A stretch of DNA of 63,975 bases, filler included, from Sanchytrium tribonematis (taxonomy: Eukaryota), in the NCBI GenBank assembly GCA_018985235.1. It is 6 parts of 6 records of this genome, joined end to end, with 100 filler letters (N's around TTAATTAATTAA, not from the genome) between each part and the next. Parts side by side here need not be neighbours in the genome. Positions count along the whole stretch, not along the records: positions 1 to 31,136 come from JADGIG010000050.1; 5 more parts are not named here. The stretch is one strand, 5' to 3'. Below are positions 1 to 10,600 of this stretch, piece after piece (the stretch's first letter is position 1; the number at the start of each line of letters is the position of its first letter). The position numbers and the translations under genes were made by a program. Below the pieces are notes generated by a model. That model was not told the origin of the DNA, ran no database searches, and saw only the letters and a program-made list of their open reading frames with translations.

Positions 1-272
1 CCAGTTTAAATATTTTTCGTGATTATGTAACACTTGTGATGCGTCAAATAGATCGTAGCTGCTACTTTTGTCTGATAGTTTCAACTTAAATATACCATTG
101 GTAGACCGAAAATCGGGAATTCCCGCCGATATGGAACAACCGGCTCCATTAAAGAAAATATAACCCATTTTAATTTGACACAAGGAGTATCATTTTGACA
201 ATTAATTTAGATTATAATAGATACACAAAGCAACGGGAAATTTATAAATGTTTTAATTCGGAGCCACCTTTC

Positions 273-1142
273 ATGTCAAAAGCATTTGAAGATGTTGATG
301 TTGGATTTTATGTCGCATTTGGTTCTGCTATCTGTGCGAACATTCAAGGGCTTGTTCTAAGTCCCGCGTTGCTATACAAGTCCTGGAGAAGAAATGGACC
401 AGCAGTCTTTGCTAACGTCTGCTTTACGATTAGTAATTGGTTGAACTTTTATCAATTACACATGGAATGTAATACCGCAGCGTATTTAATCGAAACTTTT
501 ATGATACTGGGATCTATATTTGAAGTACTAGCACCGTTAACTCGCGCTTTTCCTCTTTTAAATTCTAGATTGAAAAAGGTAATGGTGGTGATGTGTGGAT
601 TATTGGTATGTGCTGAATTCACAACTTTAGCGGGTATGGATTACACTTGTGATGAGGAAGAGACCCAATTTGTAATGATGTCCTTGAACATTCCAAGTGA
701 GGTGATTTCTCATATTTTTGGTATCGGAATTTATTTGGTTGCATTTTCAAAAATAATCAAACTTGTCAATGGTAGTATTTTTGCAAAAGACAATGGGAAG
801 ATGCAGTTATTAAAGACAATTAGTCTGTTCAGTATGTGCGCTGCAATCGCAATTAAATGCGGGACATTACTCGGATTCTTATTGGATCGAGAGGACACTG
901 AAGTTGAAATGGCAATGAAGTCAAATCTTGTTCTGATCTTAATGGTATCCCAATTAACCTTAGAACTTGCAAACAAAGCAGCTGAGAAGCCAAGCAGCAG
1001 TCAAGAACAGCGACACTCTGATAAAGAAAAGAAGCGATCAACAAATATCGGAACATCAAATACAGAGTCTGATCCTAGTTTTCAAAAGACAATTACTATG
1101 AAGCAGTCTTTAAAGGAGTTGTCTATCGAAGAAGGTCACTAA
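273..1142 (+). CDS. Orphan 7-TM (GPCR-like) membrane protein, paralog A
   Basis: First in-frame ATG at 273 (MSKAFEDV, matches the start of paralog B). Seven hydrophobic segments, Cys at the top of TM3 and in the TM4-5 loop, Ser/Thr/Lys-rich C-tail. Confidence 0.7.
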   Translation: MSKAFEDVDVGFYVAFGSAICANIQGLVLSPALLYKSWRRNGPAVFANVCFTISNWLNFYQLHMECNTAAYLIETFMILGSIFEVLAPLTRAFPLLNSRLKKVMVVMCGLLVCAEFTTLAGMDYTCDEEETQFVMMSLNIPSEVISHIFGIGIYLVAFSKIIKLVNGSIFAKDNGKMQLLKTISLFSMCAAIAIKCGTLLGFLLDREDTEVEMAMKSNLVLILMVSQLTLELANKAAEKPSSSQEQRHSDKEKKRSTNIGTSNTESDPSFQKTITMKQSLKELSIEEGH

Positions 1143-1334
1143 AATGTAATTAAGTAAATAGTATATAAATCCTGAAAATTTTGGGGTCAAACATGTTGGA
1201 ATTATCAAGATATCGCGCTTGAAGCAGACTCATATTTTGAAAACAAAATCGCACTACATGTAAACAATCTGCCGCTCAGCAACAGTTGTTTGGCCAAACA
1301 ATAATCCGAATTCAACCTCGGAGCCATTTTGACC

Positions 1335-2204
1335 ATGACCAAAGCATTCGAAGAAGTGGACATTGGATTTTATGTAGCTTTTGGATCTGCTATATGCGCA
1401 AATATTCAAGCATTAGTATTAACTCCTGCTCTTTTGATGAAGTCTTGGAGAAGAAATGGACCTGCAGTGCTAGCAAATCTTTGCTTTACGATCAGCAACT
1501 GGATGAATTTTTATCAATTAGGGATGGAATGTAGTACTGCCGCGTACCTGGTAGAATTATTCATGATCTTAGGCTCCATTCTTGAAGTATTGGCACCTTT
1601 AACACGTGCTTTTCCTCTATTAAATTCCAAAGTCAAAAAAGGTATCCTTGCTTTGTGTTTTGTTCTAGTTGCTACAGAATTTACCTCTATGATCCAATTA
1701 AACTATGGATGTGATCAGGAAGAGTCTCAATTTGTTTTATTGGAAATCAACATACCAAGTGAAGTATTTTCTCATTGTCTTGGGATCATTGTTTATTTTG
1801 TCGCGTTTTCAAAAATTATAAAGCTTGTAAACGACAGCATTTTTGCAAAAGATAATGGTAAAATGCAATTGCTCAAGTCAATCAGTTTGTTTAGTATGTA
1901 TGCAGCCATTGCTATTAAATGTGGGACATTACTTGGATATCTATTAGATAGAGAAGACACTGAAGTTGAAATGGCAATGAAGTCAAACTTAGTCATGATT
2001 TTGATGGTATCGCAACTCACATTAGAACTTGCCAATAAAGCTGCAGAAAAACCATCCACCAGTCAAGAGCAACAATTTTCAGGGACTGGAAAAGACAAGA
2101 AAAAATCAACAACAAATATTATTTCCACCACAGACACAGAAAGTCAAAAAGGAAACTTAAGAAAGCCATCAACCAAAGAAATTACGATTGAAGAAGGAAA
2201 ATAA
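1335..2204 (+). CDS. Orphan 7-TM (GPCR-like) membrane protein, paralog B (tandem duplicate)
   Basis: Near-identical protein to 273..1142 over the TM core (e.g. GFYVAFGSAICANIQ, LAPLTRAFPLLNS, DREDTEVEMAMKSNLV) with many synonymous changes, indicating real coding under selection. Confidence 0.7.
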   Translation: MTKAFEEVDIGFYVAFGSAICANIQALVLTPALLMKSWRRNGPAVLANLCFTISNWMNFYQLGMECSTAAYLVELFMILGSILEVLAPLTRAFPLLNSKVKKGILALCFVLVATEFTSMIQLNYGCDQEESQFVLLEINIPSEVFSHCLGIIVYFVAFSKIIKLVNDSIFAKDNGKMQLLKSISLFSMYAAIAIKCGTLLGYLLDREDTEVEMAMKSNLVMILMVSQLTLELANKAAEKPSTSQEQQFSGTGKDKKKSTTNIISTTDTESQKGNLRKPSTKEITIEEGK

Positions 2205-2411
2205 ATATCATGATCTATTTTGTTTGAATTAAGGTGGTCTGCAAATTTCTTAACTCAATATTTAATTCATGAACTTGAGATGGCTAGGATTATTCGATTG
2301 AATGTCATTAAAAGTAATTTTCACCTTTGTTACATTGTCAAGTTCATGATTATTTTTGGCTTGTAAAATCAAAATTGTTTCATTTTTACTCCTAAATTTA
2401 TCATATCCACA

Positions 2412-3227
2412 ATGGATATCTCCTTTAAACTTGAACAAATGGAATTCAACAGAGCATTGGTGAGGCAACTTTCAAAATCGTTCGATCAGGCATTACAAAA
2501 AGAAAAAGTCAAGATTAATGCTGTAAAGGCTGAGCAGCAACACAACAACTACACATCTGTGTTAAAACAATATTTGGAAGTAACTGAATTGCCTAAATTA
2601 GACGACCATCCTGATGCATGTTTCGTAGAGGATACTTGCATAGTCGTGAAAAATCGAGCAGTGATAACAAATCCAGGTGCAGATTCTCGCAAAAATGAAG
2701 TGACATCAGCTCAACATGCATTACAATCTTTAGGATTTGAAATATATGTAATGCCAAGCCATATAAAGTGTGATGGCGGAGATGTGTTGTACACTGGAAA
2801 AAACTTGTACGTCGGTTTGTCAGAAAGAACCTCGCCAGACGCTATCAAATATTTGAGTGATAAATTGCAAGTACCAGCCTATGGAATCAAAGTGGAGGGT
2901 GCTTTGCATTTAAAAAGCATTCTCGGACTAGTAGCTCCTAGAACACTATCCTGTCACGATTCTGAAAGTGGTAAAAAAATGGTAACCGAAATTTTATCAC
3001 ATGAGGAATTAAATGTGGTATATACAAAGACCATGATTTTGTCAAATACTCTCTCTTTCATTTCCCGTGGCGAACTGATTGTGTTTGTTCAAGTGAATGA
3101 AGAAACAAACTCATTTATTGAAAAAATATCTGCCCTGTTTCCAAAAGCAAAATTTGAAAAAGTTGACATGAGTGAATTAGCACTAGCAGATGGGGCTTTG
3201 ACTTGCTGTAGTGCACTATTGCAGTAA
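2412..3227 (+). CDS. DDAH: Dimethylarginine dimethylaminohydrolase / amidinotransferase family
   Basis: Motifs PDACFVEDT, DGGDVL, LHLKS and C-terminal ADGALTCCS (catalytic Cys). Start may be the second ATG at 2439. Confidence 0.85.
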   Translation: MDISFKLEQMEFNRALVRQLSKSFDQALQKEKVKINAVKAEQQHNNYTSVLKQYLEVTELPKLDDHPDACFVEDTCIVVKNRAVITNPGADSRKNEVTSAQHALQSLGFEIYVMPSHIKCDGGDVLYTGKNLYVGLSERTSPDAIKYLSDKLQVPAYGIKVEGALHLKSILGLVAPRTLSCHDSESGKKMVTEILSHEELNVVYTKTMILSNTLSFISRGELIVFVQVNEETNSFIEKISALFPKAKFEKVDMSELALADGALTCCSALLQ

Positions 3228-3633
3228 TAACTTTAAGCTGAGTAAATTGTTTTCAATTTTTTAAATACAACCACCAAATGTTACACTTCACTTGACAATG
3301 TGAATCAGAGCGTCTGTGCACAACATGGAAAATTTACGATTTTCAAACTAGTAGTCCGATAAAGCTAATTTGAGGAGAAATGGCTCTTGTTTTAAAAAAA
3401 CACGTTTTTACCGATCTGAACTGCAAAATTATTATTTTTTGCCAGCCATACCGCGGAAAATTGTGTTATCCACGCACAATATAATCATATTAGCCACTGT
3501 TATCTATTTTTGATTGATTGAAATTTCTGAGGCTTGACTGGCCTAAATGACAATGTTGATCCAATCAGCAATACCACATCAAAAAAGATGACACCGACGT
3601 TCATCTATAAATAGCTGAGCATCAATTCAAAAT

Positions 3634-4476
3634 ATGAAACTACTGGCTTTGTTTTTAGTTATAGCTTTCGCAGCTCCATACCCACAGAATAACCAAGGAG
3701 GAAATAATAACAATCAAGGAGGGAATAATAATAACCAAGGAGGAAATAATAACAATCAAGGAGGGAATAATAATAACCAAGGCAATAACAACCAAGGAAA
3801 TGGTAATAAAAAAACAACTACAACAAAAAGTACCACTACAACTATCAAGGCCACCACAACTGTAAAAGTGACAACTACTATAAATGTTACAACAACGATT
3901 AAAGCAACTTCAACTCCAAATGCGAGTGTCGTTGCAACATCTCCAGCCCAATCGACCACTGTTCAAAAAACTCAAGCTCAAGTGACGACCCCTGAGTTCT
4001 CTTCAATTGCTTCTTTAAATTCTGTGAAAACAACTCCAATGGAAACTCTCTCAGCATTAACATCCATTACTAAATCTTCAGCAGTTGCTCCAGCCACTAC
4101 TTATCAAGCTACGGAAATTCAAAAAACATCAGCGCCATTATATATCACCTCTGAGTTGACTTCAGAATCACTTCCATTCACAGCAAAAACGACAATGATC
4201 CAGGAAACAACAGCCCAGGCAATGACAACCAATGTCATTCCCCCTTCTGCGCTCCCAACAACCATTAAATCGACTGCAGTTCAAACAACAATTGCTCCAT
4301 TAACCACAACAGTTTCCTCACCAGTTGCTATCCCAACCACAACAACTGCTAAAACAACAAGTGCTGTTGTAATCACTTCAGTACGTTCATCCACTACAAG
4401 AACTGACATCGAAGCAACTGGAACAAATGATTTTGAGGAAGAGTATGACGATGAGTTGGTTGACTTGCTATTTTAA
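3634..4476 (+). CDS. Secreted Thr/Ser-rich mucin-like protein with N/Q/G repeat and acidic C-terminus
   Basis: Signal peptide MKLLALFLVIAFA, (NNNNQGG)n, long Thr-rich stalk, TATA-like TATAAATA about 25 nt upstream. Confidence 0.75.
   Translation: MKLLALFLVIAFAAPYPQNNQGGNNNNQGGNNNNQGGNNNNQGGNNNNQGNNNQGNGNKKTTTTKSTTTTIKATTTVKVTTTINVTTTIKATSTPNASVVATSPAQSTTVQKTQAQVTTPEFSSIASLNSVKTTPMETLSALTSITKSSAVAPATTYQATEIQKTSAPLYITSELTSESLPFTAKTTMIQETTAQAMTTNVIPPSALPTTIKSTAVQTTIAPLTTTVSSPVAIPTTTTAKTTSAVVITSVRSSTTRTDIEATGTNDFEEEYDDELVDLLF
3688..3771 (+). repeat. Perfect 42-bp tandem duplication (two copies) encoding NNQGGNNNNQGGNN
   Basis: aataaccaaggaggaaataataacaatcaaggagggaataat at 3688 and again at 3730. 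Confidence 0.9.
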
Positions 4477-4645
4477 TAAACGATATCTTATATTTAAGCT
4501 GAATATTTTGATAGAATTCTATTTTTGTGAAGTAAGAATTAATCCTGCGCGTAGCTAGTCATTTAAAAAAGTTGAAACAAACTCCAAATTTGACACGTCA
4601 ATTTTCGAAATAAATCATTTTTTACGACTTGAAATATAAATTTTA

Positions 4646-7600
4646 TTAATAAACCAATTTGCTCTTTTTCATAGTTTTGACTTGATCCAATTTATCTTGC
4701 AATTCCTTGGCAATTTCTTCAGCCTTCTTTGCGCTTTCAAATTCTACTGTGTTTGTTCTTCCTCCTACACTCATGATGATAACATTATTAGAATTGCAAT
4801 AGCATATTCCAACATCTTCAATTTTTTCACACCAATTTGTTTTAAAAACTTTTCTTCCTGTTAATAAAATATGAGAATCACTTAAAATGAGCATGAGCAA
4901 GTGATTTTTAGTTGTATAATGAATGATATAGTAATCATCATAATATTTCTCGTTATCGCAAACCCTCAAAATATATTGAGCTTCACTTTTATCTGGTGCA
5001 TATGGAATAATTGGTTCACTTTTTCCTATAAATCTAGGATATCTGATTCGCTCAATAGTGTCCTCGTCTGTTGTTGTACTTTTGATACCTTCTCCAATAC
5101 TTGTGGCCATATCTGTTAATCCGACCAATGGCTTGCTAATAGCACCCAACAAGCCTTGTCCAATTCCTTTAAAAAGTCCTTCTATTCCATTTTGCTGAGC
5201 ACCTTCAATTGGTTTGTCTACAATACCAGATATTCCACTAGCTACACTTTTACCAAGCATTTTAGCACCTTTCCCAAATCCATCCAAAGCATGTTTTGGC
5301 TTATTTCTGTTTTTAGTAATTCTTCGATGTTTTAAATACTCTTGATCTAATGTTATACTTCCTAAACCCTTTCCCAACGTCGTCGTAATTTTTGTAAATG
5401 AATCAGTAAATCCAAATACAGTCTTTTTGACAAACATTTCAGTTCCTTTGGCCAATCCAGAAATAATTTCTTCAGGATTTTCATTGATAATCCCCAAATA
5501 AGGCTCGTAAAATATGCTTAGTACACCACTAGATATGTTGGTAAACAATTTAATTGGATTACCCAACATGTCCACGCTCCCTACTACTTTGTATAATTGG
5601 CTCATTCCACTCTGAGTGTAATGTTCCACCAATTGATTTGAAATAACATCAAAATTACCATGAATTTTCTCCATAATAAGTGCATTCAATTTGATTTCTG
5701 CATCGTGAACATTGATAAATGCACTCAACGCATTCAAAACATTCCCACTCTCTCCTTTTTCAAAAGAAACGTGCAACAACATCGGATTGATTTGAAACAA
5801 TTCCATGTACATCATTGAGGGTTCTTGTTCTGTTTCATTTGGCTTACTTTCAGGCGCATATTTCATTAAATCATTAAAATAGCCAATAAGCATCATCAAA
5901 TGATCCATTTCCATATCAATACTGGTTTCTTGCAATGCCAAACTTAATAATTTAACAAAATAAATATTTTCCTTGTACACCATGGCTTTAATTGTAATTA
6001 AATTCACATCTTGCTGCTGAATTGATGGGTAGACCATGACAGGATTAACAGCATCCAATAATTGATTATCTACTTGTAAATATTTGATCATTAAAGATAA
6101 ATTATACAAATAATGCGTAATATCAAAATCGAATTGAATTCCACGTGCAATAACATATAACAATTCAGAATATTCTTGGACAAATGAAATTCCAATAGAT
6201 CTAAAATGCACTCTAAATTGATATAAAGGACTGTGAATATCCATTTTCAATGTTTTCGGAGATGCAATCATTTGATCGTTTTCTTGTCCCAAACTAATCA
6301 CATGTTTGTGCTGCTCTTGTAAACTAGAAATATGAAAGATTTGATTGTCCAACATCATTGACGTATTTAGAAATTCATTCACATCAATCTGTTTTGATGA
6401 TTCTTTGTAAGAAATAATCATTGATTTCTCGTCATTCGCAGTGAAATCCAAATTTGTTTTAGGCTTGACACTGTATTTTTGACGATCACAAATAATTTCT
6501 AGATTGTAATCTGTGTGATTCTGGAATTGGTATGGATATTCATGAATCATACTTAAATGAATTTGAAATTGTCCATTAATCAATTTGATTTTTAATAAAA
6601 ATAAATCATCATTATACGGAATGTAATACTCATTGATCGTATTGGCATGAAATGGCTGATCATATAAAATAAATAAAGGTGAGTCATTCGTTAATTGATA
6701 ATAAATGCTACTGCCTTTGGCTGGAATTGAAAAAATGTCCTTGTCGTGCACCATATTGACTTGGATATCTGAATGGTTGAAAAATATATATCTAGAAGTG
6801 ATATATAAAATATTGTCTTCCATATAAATACCATAAATATGCACCTTGTCATTTTTGAGTTTCAATTCACCGTGGATTCCATTATTCATTGTGAAATAAG
6901 GAGAAATGACTTTTCCCAATTGCAATTGTACTCTATTTTGGCTTAAAATACTTTTTTGACCCGCTTCCAAATAAAGTCTATCGTGGCTGTTGGAGATACT
7001 TAGCGCATCATCCGTTTGATTCACTATTTGATAATTGCTTTTAATTCTAATCTCAACTACGCCACCTTGCTCATCATTATAATTAATTTTCAAATTTGCT
7101 CTAAAAGCTTGCTGTCCATTAAAATGTACGGATGCATTGGTATGGACATAATCTATTAAAATCAAATCTGTAGAAACACCAAATGTTTCACAACTCAATT
7201 TCATACTAAATGGATCATGAAATAATCCATCATATACGCTAGTGACTTTATCACAATTATAAAAGTGTATTTTAGAGTTGATTTTCAATTGTATTCCTAT
7301 AGGGAATGGTAATTCATTATAAATCGTGATTGGAGCACTCAAAATGCATTTAAAGATTGGATATTTACATCTTTCAACTGTAAATTTGTCAAATTGACAA
7401 TGTGTGATTAAATATTGATGATTCGTAAATTCAATAGCTCTTGTTTGTCCCTGTAGATAATCCTTCCAATAAATTACGTGTAAACTAGGCGCATTCAATT
7501 TAAATTTCAGTCTATCTTCTACATGATCCAGAGGAATACAAATGGTTTCCATTGGCTTAATCGTGATTGTTCGCTTTGTCAATAAAATATCAACTGGATC

Positions 7601-10600
7601 TGATGTTTTATTTGTGTAATAATATGGGGTTTGGATATAAATTTGTTTGTGGTGATTGACAGTCATGATATTAATAATCAAATAAGCCTTGGATACGCCA
7701 TGACTGACAAGTTCAATTAAATGTTTCTTGTCCTTGTTGATTATAATATTTTGAATTTCTATTGGATTATCCTTGTATTTTAAATTCAATTGCATATAAA
7801 TGGATTCTGTATAGGTATTTAATAAAAGTTCGCTTTTATCAATGACTTCTAATACATATTTAGAAAACAAATCACTAGAAACAGTAATTGGAGATCCAAT
7901 CTGATTGTAGAGCATAAATGGAGCATTTGTAGTCTTGACATCCGTGGTAAGCAATTTTTGTATATCAAATAAACCACGCACGAGATTTGGACTCACATTG
8001 ATATTTAATAGTTTCTCATTGCTTAAAAATATCTTGTTGTCGTCCATTGTCAAATTAAATTCAGTAGACTCAATAAATGGTTCAAATGACCAGATGGAAG
8101 GATTAAATATAGCTAGATCTAATGATAGATTCAATTGAGCTTTAATATAAGATGTCATTGTAGCCTCTAATTGGCACGAAGACCCTATTTGAAATAGTGG
8201 AAATTGGTAGCCATTTACGTTATCATTGATTGTACAATGTACTTTATCAACAATAACTGCCAAGACAGTCTTTGTAGCAGGTCCTTGAGATTCAGTAGTA
8301 TGCTCCGAATATAGAGCATATTCGTGGGTCACAGTATTTTGAATCATTAATAATTCCGAGACATTTAAATCCAACAATATATTTGGAATACTTATTGTGT
8401 ATTTATCACTTAAATTCAAGATGATATTAAAATCTCTAAATACTTGGTGATCATCAATAAGACATTGGATATTTAGAGCACTTAATTGAAAAGATTTTTC
8501 ATTCTGATCGGTTGTAAATTGGTCAAAAGTAAGTGTCATATGTTCGTTTAGAACCAGTTTAAAGTCGTGCCAATTCAAAAGTAGTCCGCTAAGTGCAGAA
8601 TCGCCTTTGGAAGCTTCTGGGACAGATTCTTGACTTGAATTAGTTGGGGTCGGGAGAGTAAATATATCTAATATATTCAAATATAAGACTGTATCCAAAT
8701 AAGCAGTCATTTCATTCATATCAACGTCAATCATTGTGCCTTCATCACTCACATATTTCAAATTAAGTAATTTGCCCTTATTTTCAATAAATACTGAATC
8801 CAAATGCGTTCCTTTTAGCTTATCCAAAGTTAAGAGTATCTCCATTTTCTTAGTCATTGTAAGCAGCATTTTAAGATCTTCTAGAAACAATTCGCAAGTT
8901 TCGTTCTCTGTCAATAATTGCAATTCTAAATCTTTCACTCCTAGTTTAAATTTCATTTCGTCATCATTGGTTTCTTTTTTCTGATGAGGGTTGTTCAACT
9001 GTTCGGATATAGCAGGTAAAACGTCTAATAAATGCATAAAGTTGACATAAACATCATGATTCATCATTAATTTTGTAGGACCAAGTTCGACTGCAATCAT
9101 TAACGGCGTTATTGATAAATCTATTGTTGCCTGTAATTCTTCCCTGAATAAAGTTAATTTCTGGTTGTAGGTTTGAGCACCATTCATTTTAACAAAAAAC
9201 TTATTCAATTCATCTTCTTGATTTGCTATGGAAAGCAGACCAAAATCCAAAGTGAATTCACTCGAATCTATAGGAATTACAAAAGATGGGGATTTAAAAT
9301 CAAAATTAAGGCCATATTTTGTCTTTTCGCCATCGGAGGAATCAGAATCTGAAGCCGATTTCTCATCTCCAAATAAATCAACGAATCTCATTAATATACT
9401 CAAACTTGTCATCAGTTCAGGAGTAACATAAATTTTAGACTTGTTAAAATGACCATTAATGTCAATATTTTCTTTACCAACTTCTAATTTGCATTGTAGT
9501 AGGCCTTCATTAGGATTGTCCATTAAATAAAATTCGTCGAACATCATGATAAATTTATCGAGATCAATTTGAATCTTTGTAACTTCATCGAGTTTTACAT
9601 CCAGTTTAAATCCACTTGCTTTGAAAAAGAAAGTTTCAATAATACGGTCAGGCTCACTAAATGTTAGTTTCACGTCTTTCACGGTTGTGTTTAAAGCACC
9701 CTTTAACGCATTCTTGCTTTCCCCAGTTGCTTTTTTGGAATCAATTTGATACTGTTTTAGATATTTAAACAAATCTTGCAGGACTAAATAAGTCATATCA
9801 AAATGGATCCCTTCACAAACAAGGTCGCTCTTAAAATCATTATTTTCCAAGGAATATCGGATTTCACCAGTGAGAATTGTACCAGATGGTTTAAACGGAC
9901 AAGCCAAGACATGATCATTCAATTTCAATTGTAAAGAGGCCATTTTTGGATATATGTGGATTTCATTAGAATTTTGAATCAAAATTTCAAATTCGTCTAA
10001 TGAGACAAAGGAATATTTTTCAATATTTAGAATTTTCTCTTCTCTGTCAAAGTGACAAATAAAAGATTGTATTTTAAAATTAATGTCAAATTTCGGCAAT
10101 TTGCTCTTTTGTTCTTCCACGTCAATATTAGGTGACTTTGCATTTTCAATCTCAAATAACTTTTCAAACATTAACAAATACTTTAGTTTTAATGGCGACA
10201 TATGAACCTCTATTTTATCTAAATCGATGTTCATTTTATATTCGGGAGCCTTGTCCACATTAATAATGGCTTTTTGAAAATCAACTTTCAAAGTTGAAGG
10301 ATTTAAAATATTGCAGCTTTTGACATCATCATTCATAGCAGCATTTAAAGCTTTGTTTATATCCGTGTGATAGCCAAATTGAATGCCTTGTAATCCAAAT
10401 ATATAATGATCGTAAATCATACCCAAAAGCTCTTCTTCTTTCTGCTTGTTTAGATCCTCATCCTTGAAAGATGTTAATTTGGAATTAACTTGAAGAATAC
10501 CCATGTTTACAGCCATAAAAATGTCATTGTTGGGAATTAAAATGCATGGAGCAGACAAAGTAAAATCAATATTAAGTTGCCTATGTGTTTCAATGGCAAA

